A DNA stretch of 64,000 nt. It comes from Salpingoeca rosetta. Taxonomy: Eukaryota > Protista > Choanoflagellata. The notes under the pieces were generated by a model, which saw only the letters and a list, made by a program, of their open reading frames with translations, did no database searches and was not told the origin of the DNA. Numbering within the stretch: the first letter of the stretch is position 1; each line of letters starts with the position of its first letter. Positions 22,982 to 43,623 of the stretch are shown in pieces. Location of the stretch: assembly GCA_033442325.1 (NCBI GenBank), contig JAWQFM010000035.1, positions 653,096 to 717,095 of the forward strand, written 5' to 3'. The position numbers were made by a program, and so were the translations under genes.

Positions 22982-23584
22982 CAGAGACAGACACAGAGAC
23001 AGACACACGACAGCAGCAAGACGCTTGCGTGTGGCGGTCACCTTGAACTGGAGCTTGATCTTGAGGCGCTGCTCGGCGGTGCGGTTGGTCAGCACGTCGA
23101 TAATCGCCTTCTCATCCGTGCCCATGCCTACAGGCAGTACAGTCGAAACGCGCGCGCACACACACACACACATACAAACACGCACACACATACAAACGTG
23201 GGCATGAAAACATGTACACACACATGTGAGTGTGAGCAACCGGAAACAGACGACAGATGCGATCAACAACAGGAAGTAGGAGAACAAGCAGGAGGTACAA
23301 GTTCAAGTGCAGACACCAGAGGCACAGCAGTAATAGATAATCAACACTGTCTCCACATTCCATTTCTTTCCATCCACCTTCCCCCTCCCTCGTCATTGTG
23401 CACGAGTGGTTGCGCGTACCCTTCATGGCCTTGCGGAGAGCAATGGCATCCTCTTCAGCGTTGAAGTTCGGGTACGGGTGCACCGTCGGGTGCCCAACCG
23501 GCTGGCAGCGGCAGAACGTCCATTATCACATCATCACAGTAGCACAACAGCAGGAGGAGGTACGACAGGCGTGAGTAAACGGTA

Positions 23585-23624
<40 letters not shown>

Positions 23625-24302
23625 GCATGCATGCACGCACATACACACACAATGCATGCATGCACGCATACTACCTCCGCCACCACCACAGGTACAAATT
23701 GCAAGCTATTGCTCACCTCCAGAGACATGCTCTGCATGCTGCTCGTCACGTCGCCAACGCTGCCGCTGCTGGCTGGCGGTGGAGGCGCTGAGCGCTGTGG
23801 GGGCGGTGCCTGCTGCGTCGTCGGTGGTGGTGGCGCAGCCTGGTGCGGCGACGGCGGCTGTTGCTGGCCGTACCCCTGGGGTGGTGGCTGCTGTTGGCCA
23901 TAACCCTGCTGTGGTGGCTGTTGCTGACCGTACCCTTGGGGTGGTGGGGGTTGTTGACCATAGCCCTGAGGAGGAGGTGGCTGTTGGCCGTAGCCCTGAG
24001 GTGGTGGCTGTTGGCCGTAGCCCTGGGGAGGAGGGGGCTGCTGACCGTAGCCCTGAGGTGGTGGTTGCTGGGCGTAGCTGTGGGGTGGAGGCTGCTGCCC
24101 GTATCCCTGGGGCGGCTGGCCGTACCCCTGTGGCGGGGGCTGCTGGCCATAGGGCTGGGCCGGCGGGGGCGCGTACCCAGACTGAGGGGGCTGGTGGAAC
24201 CCGCCGCCATAGGGGGGCTGCTGGCCATATGGGCCTGGCGGCGGCTGTTGCTGCTGCTGGTACCCGCCGTACGGTGGCTGCTGGTACCCACCACCATACG
24301 GG

Positions 24303-24335
<33 letters not shown>

Positions 24336-24649
24336 GGCGGCTGGCCGTAGGCGCCCGGTGGGTAGGCCGCGTTCTGCCCGGGGTACTGGACGCTGCCTGG
24401 ACCATAGCCTGAGAGAGAAGGCACACGAAAACAAGCACGATCGGTGACGGGGCGGATGACGTGTTGGTGTGCGCGTGAGTTGGACGGGTGTGTGGCGTTA
24501 TGGATGAATGTGCGTCGAAAAGGACGAAACGGCAAGGGTTGCAAAAAAAAAAAAAAAAAAAAAGGAGAAAAGAGAGCCACCAAGCAAAGGGCAGGGGTGG
24601 CACTCACTCATGGCAGCGTACCTGTGGGAGGTGGAGGAGGGTAGGACAT
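20369..24649 (-). CDS. Annexin, A7/A11-like, with long Gly/Tyr/Pro/Gln-rich N-terminus
   Basis: Exon 1 MSYPPPPPT(G) 24649-24622, then a (GYGQQPPP)n exon. Four annexin repeats: KAMK|[56 protein letters not shown]. Last exon [18 protein letters not shown]. Confidence 0.95.
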
Positions 24650-25234
24650 GATGGGGGGCTTTTCTTCTTTCCTTTTCGGAAGGGTAGAGAGGAGGACACG
24701 TAAAATCTGTTTGTGATGGGCAAACAAACGATGGACAGGCAGACAGATCGATACGCAAGCAGAGGCGCGGGGGAGGGGCTGGATGAGAATCGAGCGAAAT
24801 CGTGAGGAAATGTAATCGAAGCGATAATGGCGAACACGCACGCACAGAGACATGGAGGGGGAGATACAGGAGAGGGGGAGCTGTGAAGATGCAGGAACAC
24901 ACTTACGCACACCACGGCAACAACGAAACAAGCAAAGGCCACTCACCAATCCAAGAATCCACTCACGCAAACACAAACAGAAGCAACTCACTTGTTTGCC
25001 GAGATGCGTCGTCGTCGAAACAGTGAAATCCGTTTGTGGGAAATGACAGCGACGAATATCCACTGAAAATATACACCAATCGCCATTACCACAAGGCGCA
25101 GAAGGAGAAAGGGTGGATGCTGTTGTTGTTCTTGGACGACCAAGCACACGACTCACACACTGACAAAAGTGCACATACACACACCCATACACACACACAC
25201 ACACACACTCACTCACACAGACATCAGTGCCGGC

Positions 25235-26336
25235 ATGTCGATGGCAGCAAGAGGGGTGGACGCAAAGAAGTCCGTTGTGGAGGACGCCAACAGCTTGGAG
25301 TTCTTTGAGGGTGCGTCGTCCATGTGCACACAAATGCGCTTCATGTTCTGTGCATGCGTGTTGTGCGTGTTGTGTGTGTGTGTGTGTTGCACCAACGTCT
25401 CAGTTAGATCGGCCGTGGTCACTGGTGCAGACTTTGAGCAGGTGTCGACCGTGCCGCTGCTGTTGTCGGAGGTGGAGAAGATCCTGGAGGCGCGAAAAGA
25501 CCTGCAGCTGCGCGAGGACCCAGATGCGGCCATGAGCGCCGAGTTTACAAAGACCCTCGACTACGCACAGCGATTCGGACACTCGCGCTCATACGAAGCA
25601 GACGAGGCCCTCCGATCGTACGTCAGATTGTAGATTGGATTTTGGATTGCTTGCGTGCGTGCATGTGTGCGTGCGCGCGCGCGCGCGCGCGTGTGTGTGT
25701 GTGTATGCGTGTGTGTTCGCTGCGCGCTCGTTGCTGTGTTGGGCGTGTGCTTGTTCACTGCAAACATACACACACGCATGTACACACACACACACATTCA
25801 CCTACGCACACACACACACATACACATACTCACAGGATTATGGAAGAGTTGCGGACACAGACACCAGATATGGAGAAGAGGTTGCACAAGTTTGAGGAGG
25901 TGCAGTTGATCAACCTGGCGCCAGAGACCGTGGAGGAAGCAAAGGCCCTCATCCCAACGTGAGTCAACGCAGAGGAGGCTGTGAGGAGATGAGAGGAGAT
26001 TCGGGGGATGGGGTCGCTTGCTGGCTGCGTTTGGGAGCTGTGCGCGAGAAGTAGTTTTGCTGTCTTGAATACCGCACTGCCTTGAATGTCTCACAAATAT
26101 TGTCTCCTCCTTCCCCCTTCTCACGCACACATGCGTGCATGTGCGCGCGTGTGTGTGCGCTTGTATGTGTGCGTGTATGTGTGCGTGTGTGTGTGTGCGT
26201 GTGTGTGCGTGTGTATGTGGACGCGTCTACTTCCTGTGTGTTGTGTGTGAATGTGCACAGGTTGGTGCGTGTGGACGACGATATCTTGGAGAATGTGCTG
26301 CAGCAGATTATGGCGTTCCGTTCCTTTGCAACATAA
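25235..26336 (+). CDS. POLR2D: DNA-directed RNA polymerase II subunit RPB4
   Basis: Four exons: ...EDANSLEFFE|DFEQVSTVPLLLSEVEKILE...FTKTLDYAQRF...|...LHKFEEVQLINLAPETVEEAKALIPT|LVRVDDDILENVLQQIMAFRSFAT*. These are characteristic RPB4 motifs (LHKFE..NL.PET.EEAKALIP). Confidence 0.92.
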
Positions 26337-26541
26337 CCGCTCCTATGTGATCGTGTGTGATGTGTGTGATGTGTGTGATGTGTGTGCATGTGTGTGTGTG
26401 TGTGTTGGATGTGGTGGTAGCACAGGGGCATGGAGGACACCGCTGTTCACACACGTGCAGCAGCAGAAAGAGAGAGTAAACAAACGAAGCAAGCAGAAGC
26501 AAGCAAGTGAGGCATTTTGGAGGACAGTCAAACAAACAACA

Positions 26542-34999
<8,458 letters not shown>

Positions 35000-35276
35000 T
35001 GATGGGCTTTGACACGGAGTTGAGTTGCTTCGTCGTGGATTAGTGTACTGTATCAATGTATGGTTGTATTGCATCTGAGCCATTCCAGTAACTGACGTGA
35101 GGTTGATTGATAATTGAACACGTTGAGATGAAGTAACGAGATGGCACAGAGAAGTGCACAAAGAAAACATGCAGAAGGTGCGAACAGCGGACACACACAC
35201 ACGCACACACACACACACACACACGCACACACACGCACACACACACGCACACGCACACACACGCACACACACACAC

Positions 35277-35313
<37 letters not shown>

Positions 35314-35337
35314 TACACACACAAAAGTACGTGCACA

Positions 35338-36029
35338 TCACGTGCTGAATCTGCGGGTGAGCAGCTGCGCGATGTTGCGGGCGGCAATCACGGATCCCTC
35401 CATTGCGCTCGCCACAGACTCCATTGCGTTGACGTGGAACACATTTGGCGCCACCTCAATTGGCTGATACAGCGGTGGCAGCGGCTGCGGTGACTGGGCG
35501 AGCGTGCGGCCCCCTACGAGAGCATCACTGTCAACGTCACCAGCACCAGCACTCACACCACTCGCACCATCACTTCCACCACCACGATGATGATGATGAA
35601 GATGATGATGATGATGAGCCACCACGTCGGAGAAAGGGTTGAGTCGTGGGAACGTGTAGTGCCATGTGTGCTGGACGACGCGTGAGCGATCGACGAACAT
35701 GCTATCGAGCGTTGTGTTGTCAGCACCACCGACCGTCGTCAGCTTGTACACGCTCCTGTTGGCTGCCGTCGTGGCCACCAGTTGCACCGCCGTGAACCCG
35801 TCACTGGTGGCGTTGGCTGTTGTCAGGATTTGCTCGGGCATGGTTGCGTTTGGCGGCGCGTTGAAGCGAGCGGGTCGCAGACCAGCCGCCTCCACGATGG
35901 TCACCGTGCACGACACGAAGGGCCGTGGTCTGAAGTCGGCAGTGATGTTGATGTTCGACCACGATGCAGAGAGGAACTCCAGTGGCAGCGCCACCACCAC
36001 CGCGTCCACGTCGTCAAGCTCAATACCGA

Positions 36030-36122
<93 letters not shown>

Positions 36123-37155
36123 CGTTGTTGACGTTTGGTTTCGCAGCCTTGACGGAGAACGTGTTGGCCGTGTCGTTGAAGTGGATGCGCGTGACACGCG
36201 CGTTGACGTTGATGTTCTTGGTTGCGTTGTGTGCCATCTGCTGCACAAGATAGCTGTTCCCCTTTGCGCAGCTGTGGGCGCTGGTCATGCTCACCAGCGA
36301 CACGAGCGTGGCAAACGAGTGCGCCGTGAGATTCTGCCCGTAGATGACACGGACCAGAGGCTCCAGATAGAACGACTTGGCGGTGGCAGAGATGGCGCGC
36401 TGCTGGCCAAAGTACTGCAGCGAGGTGACGCCCGTGTACGTGCTCAAGCCGCCGTGGTGCAGGAACATGCTGATATTGCGGAACGGCTTGCCGTCCTCAA
36501 ACTGCCCGCGTTCCAGGTAGTTGAGGTTCAACTTGCCCAGGAACCCGACCGTGTCCTCTGCAATCACAGCGTCGGATATGACGTCCTTCTCCAGGAAGTG
36601 CATGATGTCAAAGAGTGCGCGACCCTGCCAGATTGCCAACTCGGGCATCTTCGGCGGCACGCCAACAGCGTGTTGGGTTGTTGCACTGGTCTGCTGCGTC
36701 TGTTTCCGCCTCTGTTGCACCTGCTGTTGCTCCTGCTGTGGTTGCTGTTGTGAGGCCGACTGCTGCGTGTGGGCGCCGGTGTTGCTGCGGCGTGTCAGGT
36801 CCACGGGAATGTCGAGCTCCTTCACAATCTCTGACACGTAGTGGTTGACATTTGCCCATGCGTCGCCGCCAAGCTCGATCGGCCCATCCACCCCAGGCCA
36901 TGAGATGTGCTTGAGCCGGCCACCGAGCTCGGAGTGCTGTTCAAACAGGTGCACGTCAAACGAGCCGTGGTGCTTGTTGAGGTAGTAGGCGACTGCAGCG
37001 CCACCGATGCCACCGCCGATGATGGCGATGCGAGGACGCCGTCCTACGCGCTGTGGTCCTTGCTCACCACCTGCATCGGCTGCCGTCGCGCTGGTGGCCG
37101 CACCAAGCACAGCCAGACAGGCTAACACGCTGACGATGACAAGCAGAAGGCGCAT
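35338..37155 (-). CDS. PCYOX1: Prenylcysteine oxidase 1-like FAD oxidoreductase (intronless)
   Basis: 605-aa single ORF with a signal peptide, RIAIIGGGIGG FAD-binding motif, LGGRL, IELGG, RVIYGQN, and C-terminal NAMESVASAMEGSVIAARNIAQL typical of prenylcysteine lyases. Confidence 0.88.
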
Positions 37156-37397
37156 GCTGCGTCGGTTGTTGTTGGCTGTCGTCGTTGCTGCTGATGGCTG
37201 TCCTCCAAGACGAAGTAAAATTCACTATATCTTCAAATAATTCTCCACATCCAGAGTGGAATCTCGCCCACAAACAAACAACAACAGCGACGACTGACTT
37301 TGCTTCTTGCTTGCTGGCTGGCTTGCTTGCTTGAGTTGCTTGAGTTGCCTCTCCTTGGTTTTGCTTTGTGCAACCGACAGTCAGACAACAGCCAACG

Positions 37398-37496
37398 ATG
37401 TGGCGTGCAGGGCTTGACGATCTTGAGGTGGAGTACGACAGCGGTGACGACTGGGAGACGGACGCCGACTTTGAGGTGCATGATATTGTGTGTGCA

Positions 37497-37548
<52 letters not shown>

Positions 37549-38645
37549 GTGTGTGTGTGTGTGTTATGTGTGTGTGTTTGTGTGAGGCGTGTGTTGGGGG
37601 TGGTGTGTTGTTGTGTGTGTGTGTGTGTGTGTAAGTGCACATCCTGCTAGCGGCATACGAGATGCCCTGGAGCCTCTAAAGCGAGGAGTGGCGCATGCGA
37701 TTGCAGGAGGACTGCCACTTTCAGGACAGAACTGGTAATTGTACCCGCTCAGGCAACGATGACCTTATAAGGTGACAGGTATCGAGTCATCGAGTTCTGC
37801 TCATTAATGGGGCACCGATGTAATGTGTGCCGGCCCCCCTTTGCTTGCTCTGCTGTGATCCATTCACGCGCACTCCGAGCCGATCGGAGCCACATGAAAC
37901 GGCACTCATTCACCTTTGTGTAGCACTAGACAGGATCCTACCCGGACGGAAGAGTATGACGCGAAGACATGCATTTTCCGCCAGTTGGCTAAAGAAAAGA
38001 AACATCTGGAATCACATATCTTCTCCACGGGGGTGCAGTGGAGAATAATTCGGGGTTGCCATGTTATGTGTGTGTGTGTGTGTGCGTGTGTGTGTGTGTG
38101 TGTACGTGTGTGTGTGTGTGTGTCGTGCAATGCAATGCAATGCAATTCAATGCAATAGTGTCTGCCTTTGCTTTTGTGCGCAACATCATGCCGTGCCGAT
38201 CGATTGTCCCCTCGCATCCCGCTGCGACCTTGTGAAATCGCCCACTCTCTCATTCTCTGATATACGGCAACGGAACCAGAACGATGTGAGCGAGAAGCAG
38301 CAGCGCTGGGGCTCCCGCACCGTGGAGGGGTCTGGCCGCGTCGGCGTCATTGAGGGCGGGTGAGCATACCGACGAGAGTATGTGGCGGAAGATCTGACTG
38401 CTGCTCGACCGTGTGCTTTCACCGGTTCATCCATGTGTGTTTCCTTACTTGCTCACATATACAATTGCGTTGCTTGATTCCTTTTCATTGCGCTTGCATT
38501 GTTAAGGCTGGACGCTCTTCGTCACGCCGTCGAGGAAGGCGACAAGGAGATCAAGTCCACGCAGCGCAAGTGAGCTGTGTGTGTTTGTCTGTGTTTGTCT
38601 GTGTGTTTGTCTGTGTCTGCGGGTTTGCTTGTGTCTGCGTGTCTG

Positions 38646-38705
<60 letters not shown>

Positions 38706-39340
38706 TGTGTGTGTGTTTGTGATGTGCTGAGAGGTCCCCTTATTGCAGCCATTCACTCCCCCCTGCTTTTCTTTCCCCTTTGCAGGGAGAACTTTGCCCA
38801 TGGATATGGCGGCAAGTACGGCGTGCAAACCGATCGCCAGGACAAGGTCATATTGCGGTTGCGTAGCGTGTTTGCTTGTTTGTTTGTTTGTTTGTGTGTG
38901 TGTGTGTGTGTGCGTGTGTGTGTGTACGTGTGTGCGTGCGTGTGCAATACGCCATTGAAATGTTCTCAATCATGTGCGTGTGTATTTGCACTCTATTGCT
39001 GCAGAGCGTGGTTGGTTACGAGTACCAGCACGAGAAGCAGCTGCACTCGTCCCAAACGGACGCCAAGAAAGGCTTTGGCGGCAAGTTTGGTATCGACCGC
39101 AGCGCCCAGGTGTGCGCAATGTGGCATCACCTGCTGTGTGTGTCTGTGTGGGTGTGTCTGTGTGTGTCTGTGTGCGTCTGTGTGTGTCTGTGTGTGTCTG
39201 TGTGGAACAGTGCATCTGACGTCACGCTTGCAATCTAACATGTGCATACCACACGCGCTTTGTGTTACGACGTACAGGGAACCACCACATCCGACACAGC
39301 CGATGAACGTGAGTTGCCTTGACCATACGCACGCACGCGA

Positions 39341-39407
<67 letters not shown>

Positions 39408-39617
39408 ATCTTACTTGCGTGTCTTGTCATCTCCCTCCCTTCATCATCATCTCATGGCACCCCCACAACCCCGCAACCCCCCTCCCACCACCACCACTAC
39501 CACCACCGCGCAACGCAGCGGAGGCTGTTGGTGCCAAGTACGACAAGCCCGACGTTGTTGGCGCCAACGCGTCCTCCCTCCGCGCCCGTTTCGAGTCAAT
39601 GAACCAGCAGAAGGAAG

Positions 39618-39658
<41 letters not shown>

Positions 39659-40853
39659 TGTGTGTCTGTGTGTCTGTGTGTCTGTGTCTGTGTCTGTGTG
39701 TGTGTGTGTGGACTACCTTCTGCTTTCGCGTTCGCCCTTCTGTTCGCCGCATGTCTCCACCGCCCACCACCCATCACAACATTCCCCCCCCCCCTATCAC
39801 AATATCAGGAGGCTGCGGCGAAAGTTGCGCGGGAGCGAGCGGAGCGGGCAGCGCGCGATGACGAGCAGTGGCAGCAGGAACAGGAGTCCATCGCCACCCA
39901 CCAGCAGCACGACCACGCCGAGGACCAACAACAGCAGCAGCAAGAGCAGCAACAGGAGGGAGAGGAGAAGGAAGAGGAAGGCCAGCAAGAGAGTCACGAA
40001 GCGCCACAGGAGCCCGAGATGGCCGTGGAGGAGGAGGAGCAACAGCAGGGGGAGGAAGCCGCGTCCACTGGCGGACAGCGCGCACGTGCTCTCTACGACT
40101 ACCAAGCCAGTGCGTTGTTGACTTGTCAGCAGGGGCTGTGTGCGATGTGCAGTTGGCTCCCTGCAAGCACAGAAACACCCACACACATCACACACACACA
40201 CACACCCACACACATTACTCACACACTCTCACTCACTCACACACACACACTCTCACTCACACACCCACTCACTCACTCACTCACTCACACACACACTCAC
40301 ACACACACACACACACACTCACTCACTCACTCACTCACTCACTCACTCACTCACTCACTCAGTCACACACTCAGTCAGACACAACACACTCTCTCTCACT
40401 CAAACACACACACTCACTCACTCACTCACTCATTTGAGAATTCAGTCACTCACTCAATCAGTCANNNNNNNNNNNNNNNNNNNNNNNNNNNNNNNNNNNN
40501 NNNNNNNNNNNNNNNNNNNNNNNNNNNNNNNNNNNNNNNNNNNNNNNNNNNNNNNNNNNNNNNNCTCTCTCACTCACACACACACACTCACTCACTCACT
40601 CACTCACTTGCACACTCACTCACTCACTCACTCACTCACTCACTCGCTCACTCACTCACTCACTCACTCACTCACTCACTCACTCACTCACTCACTCCCT
40701 TGCGTGCGTGTGTGTTCAGCTGGGGAGGACGAGATTTCGTTTGACCCGGACGATGTGATTGAGGATGTGGATCAGGTGGACGAGGGATGGTGGATGGGCA
40801 CATGCCGTGATCGCCGCGGCCTCTTCCCCGCGAACTACGTCGAGCTCATCTGA
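37398..40853 (+). CDS. CTTN: Cortactin/HS1 homolog
   Basis: NTA MWRA...[10 protein letters not shown]|[20 protein letters not shown]. Cortactin repeat [15 protein letters not shown]|SVVGYEY...[17 protein letters not shown]. 31-nt exon 39279-39309. ASSLRARFE helix. C-terminal SH3 ARALYDYQA|..[10 protein letters not shown]...DEGWW...[11 protein letters not shown]. Confidence 0.95.
37633..38066. other. Compositionally foreign, highly base-paired insert in cortactin intron 1 (candidate structured ncRNA or non-autonomous element)
   Basis: Non-repetitive 434-bp block interrupting a (TG)n run, with several nested inverted repeats (see findings). Confidence 0.5.
40215..40695. repeat. (CACT)n/(CA)n tetranucleotide repeat spanning an assembly gap (last cortactin intron)
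   Basis: Direct observation. Confidence 0.9.
40465..40564. other. Assembly gap (100 N)
   Basis: N run. Confidence 1.
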
Positions 40854-41236
40854 ACACGCGCGCGCATACACATGCATGCACATACACATGCACGTGTGCG
40901 CATTGTTTGGGTGTTGTGTTGCGGGTCGATGATAGGGTGTGTTACTGTTGTTCGATGGGTGTGTGAGTGAGTTGTTGTTGGCTTGCATTCTTGTTTGTGG
41001 GCGCTCTCCTTTTTGCCCCTGTGACATTGACGGCTGTTCTGCTTGCGTCTGCTGGTGTGTCTTGCGTGTGTCTGCATGTCTTCATCCCTGTGCCTGCTTG
41101 CTTGCCCTGCTGGGGTGTTGCTGTTCACTGGCGTTTATTCGCAACTGAACGCTGTAAACACCACCGGCATTGAAACAAACAAACGACACACACCACAACA
41201 CACACATCCCAGTCAACACCTGCGTGTGTGCGCGGG

Positions 41237-41429
41237 CTATGCGTTGGCGGCGGTGATCTGGTGCGCAATGTGCACCGCCGGATTCAGCACCACGTTGCGC
41301 TGATGGGGTGCCATGCAAAGCGGGGGGGGGGGAGTGAAGGGGGAAAGGGGCATTGAACGAAACACATGGTGTGAGCGAGAGGTGTTGAAGGGTGTTGGGA
41401 AGGGCGATGGAAGGGGTTCACGTACCCAT

Positions 41430-41518
<89 letters not shown>

Positions 41519-41519
41519 C

Positions 41520-41550
<31 letters not shown>

Positions 41551-41823
41551 TGTACACACACACACACACACAGACACGCACCTACCCTGGCTGCTGGATT
41601 GATGCCCGGGGTGTGCTGGACAGCGTCGAGCCAGCGGATGAGGTCGTGGCACGCCTGGTAGTCCGCGTACGTCACCTGTGACTGTGGTTCGTCGGTGGTG
41701 CGCAGGTGTAGTGGGCTTTAGTGAGCAAAGGATGGCGTGTTTGCTGGTGCAAGGCGCAAGTGGCGTTGTTGTTCAACACAACGCACAACGCACAAAGAGC
41801 TCAGCACACACACACACACACAC

Positions 41824-41899
<76 letters not shown>

Positions 41900-42322
41900 A
41901 AGCCAACCAACCATGATGGTGCAGACGGCGGCCCACATGGCAAAGTCCGCCAGTGAGGGCGATGAACCTGCAACACCTCCAGTGATGGTGGCAGCGTCGT
42001 TGATGATGGCGTTGATCTCTGCCAGCTCCTGTCGACGGATCTGTGCACCGCGGCCCTCCTGTACCGCCACCAGCGCCTCCGCACGCGCGCACATCTCCTC
42101 CACGTTGCCGCCCTGCAGCATCGGGTGCTGAGCGCACATGGCCTGGACACATGCAAAGATGCCCTGCGCAGGGGCGTCGGTCTTTCCTGCCGTGTATGTT
42201 GCAGTGGTGGCGGTCTCAGACACCTCTGTGCGCACGTCGAGCTGCAGCACCCCGGAGATGACGGACACCAGCCGCTCGAGGCTCTGCGCAACGTGTATGT
42301 GAGTGAGTGAGTGAGTGAGTGA

Positions 42323-42387
<65 letters not shown>

Positions 42388-42738
42388 TGTGTGTGTGTAC
42401 ACGTGTGTGTGTAAGGCGTGTGCGCATACACAACATCACAGCACATGACACCACACGCCACCAACACTGCGACCAAACATGGGTGCTGGGCACGCACCTT
42501 GGGCAAGGTCAGTGTGCCTGGCGCAGAGCACCGCTTGATGGCGGGCCGTGATGCAGTGGCAGGTGTTGTCGTGGCAGTCTTGGCCGGTGCAGGTGCGGTG
42601 GCGCCGCTGGCCTTTCCAGCACGCTTGGCGAGAAAGCGAGCAATCTGCATGCATGGGAGAGGCGAACATAGAGCGCGCGTGGACATTTGCGTCGGTGAGC
42701 GATTAACAGTGAGCCCATTAGCAGCCAGCACGCATGAC

Positions 42739-42831
<93 letters not shown>

Positions 42832-43056
42832 CGCACACACACCTGCTCATCTGCGTCGTTCATTTCAATGGGAGCTGGCTCTTGCTGCGTGGGAGCAGCA
42901 GGAGCGGCTCCACGAGCCCTGGTAACCAGACACCCACACATGTATAACTGCAGTGAGCAGGCAGTTCCCTTTAACCACATCCCCTCACAACAGCTCTCAC
43001 AACGCATGGGCTTACGCGAGGAAGCGCTGCACTTGATCCTCAGCAAAGTTGGCCAT
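41237..43056 (-). CDS. GST C-terminal-like domain protein (AIMP2/AIMP3/EF1-gamma-type scaffold candidate)
   Basis: Spliced MANFAEDQVQRFLA|ARG...DEQ|IARFLAKR...|...ELAEINAII...SPSLADFAMWAAV...|...DLIRWLDAVQ...|RNVVLNP...NA*. The S-L-A-D N-capping box and 'RWL' are typical of GST-C-like domains in aminoacyl-tRNA synthetase complex proteins. Confidence 0.62.
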
Positions 43057-43519
43057 CTTGCTTGTTATCGTCTCTCGTGTGTGGCGGAAAATAATTGCAC
43101 GCAATCGCCACCCAATATGGGACCAGCGAACTAGCGAAGACCCACCTCACAGACCCTCTCTCCTTCTCTCTGTCTCGCTACCGCCTTGCTTGCTTGCAAG
43201 CAACCAAGTAGACGTGCCTCGGCTAGCTCCCCTCTTCACTGCCTCACCCAATACACGTGTAATGGCTGTTGATTGAGCGATTGGTTCGCAAGGTCAGGGT
43301 AACGGGGAGAACAGACAAAGATCTAAAAGTCTAAAGGACACAAAATGCATGGCCTACTATTGCATGAACCATACAATCAACCAGAGGAGGCAGCGCACAG
43401 TTCACCTGTTCACGGCCGAGGGTGTAGAGAACGAGGCACAAACAGAACAGTCAAGGCGACCGGAGAGGGGCAGGGGGGCAAGAAAGGCAGTGAAGCCATG
43501 GAGAGACCTACTACACAGG

Positions 43520-43617
<98 letters not shown>

Positions 43618-43623
43618 CGGCAC

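Noticed and set aside
37705-37730. U3 snoRNA-like 5' motif (GACTGCCACTTTCAGGA)
   Set aside because: Box A (GAUCAUUUCUAUAG) and boxes B/C/D do not follow.
37630-38061. Definite solo LTR or MITE call for the cortactin intron insert
   Set aside because: TG...CA ends are possible, but no 4-6 bp target-site duplication or terminal inverted repeat is demonstrable. Left as an unclassified insert.
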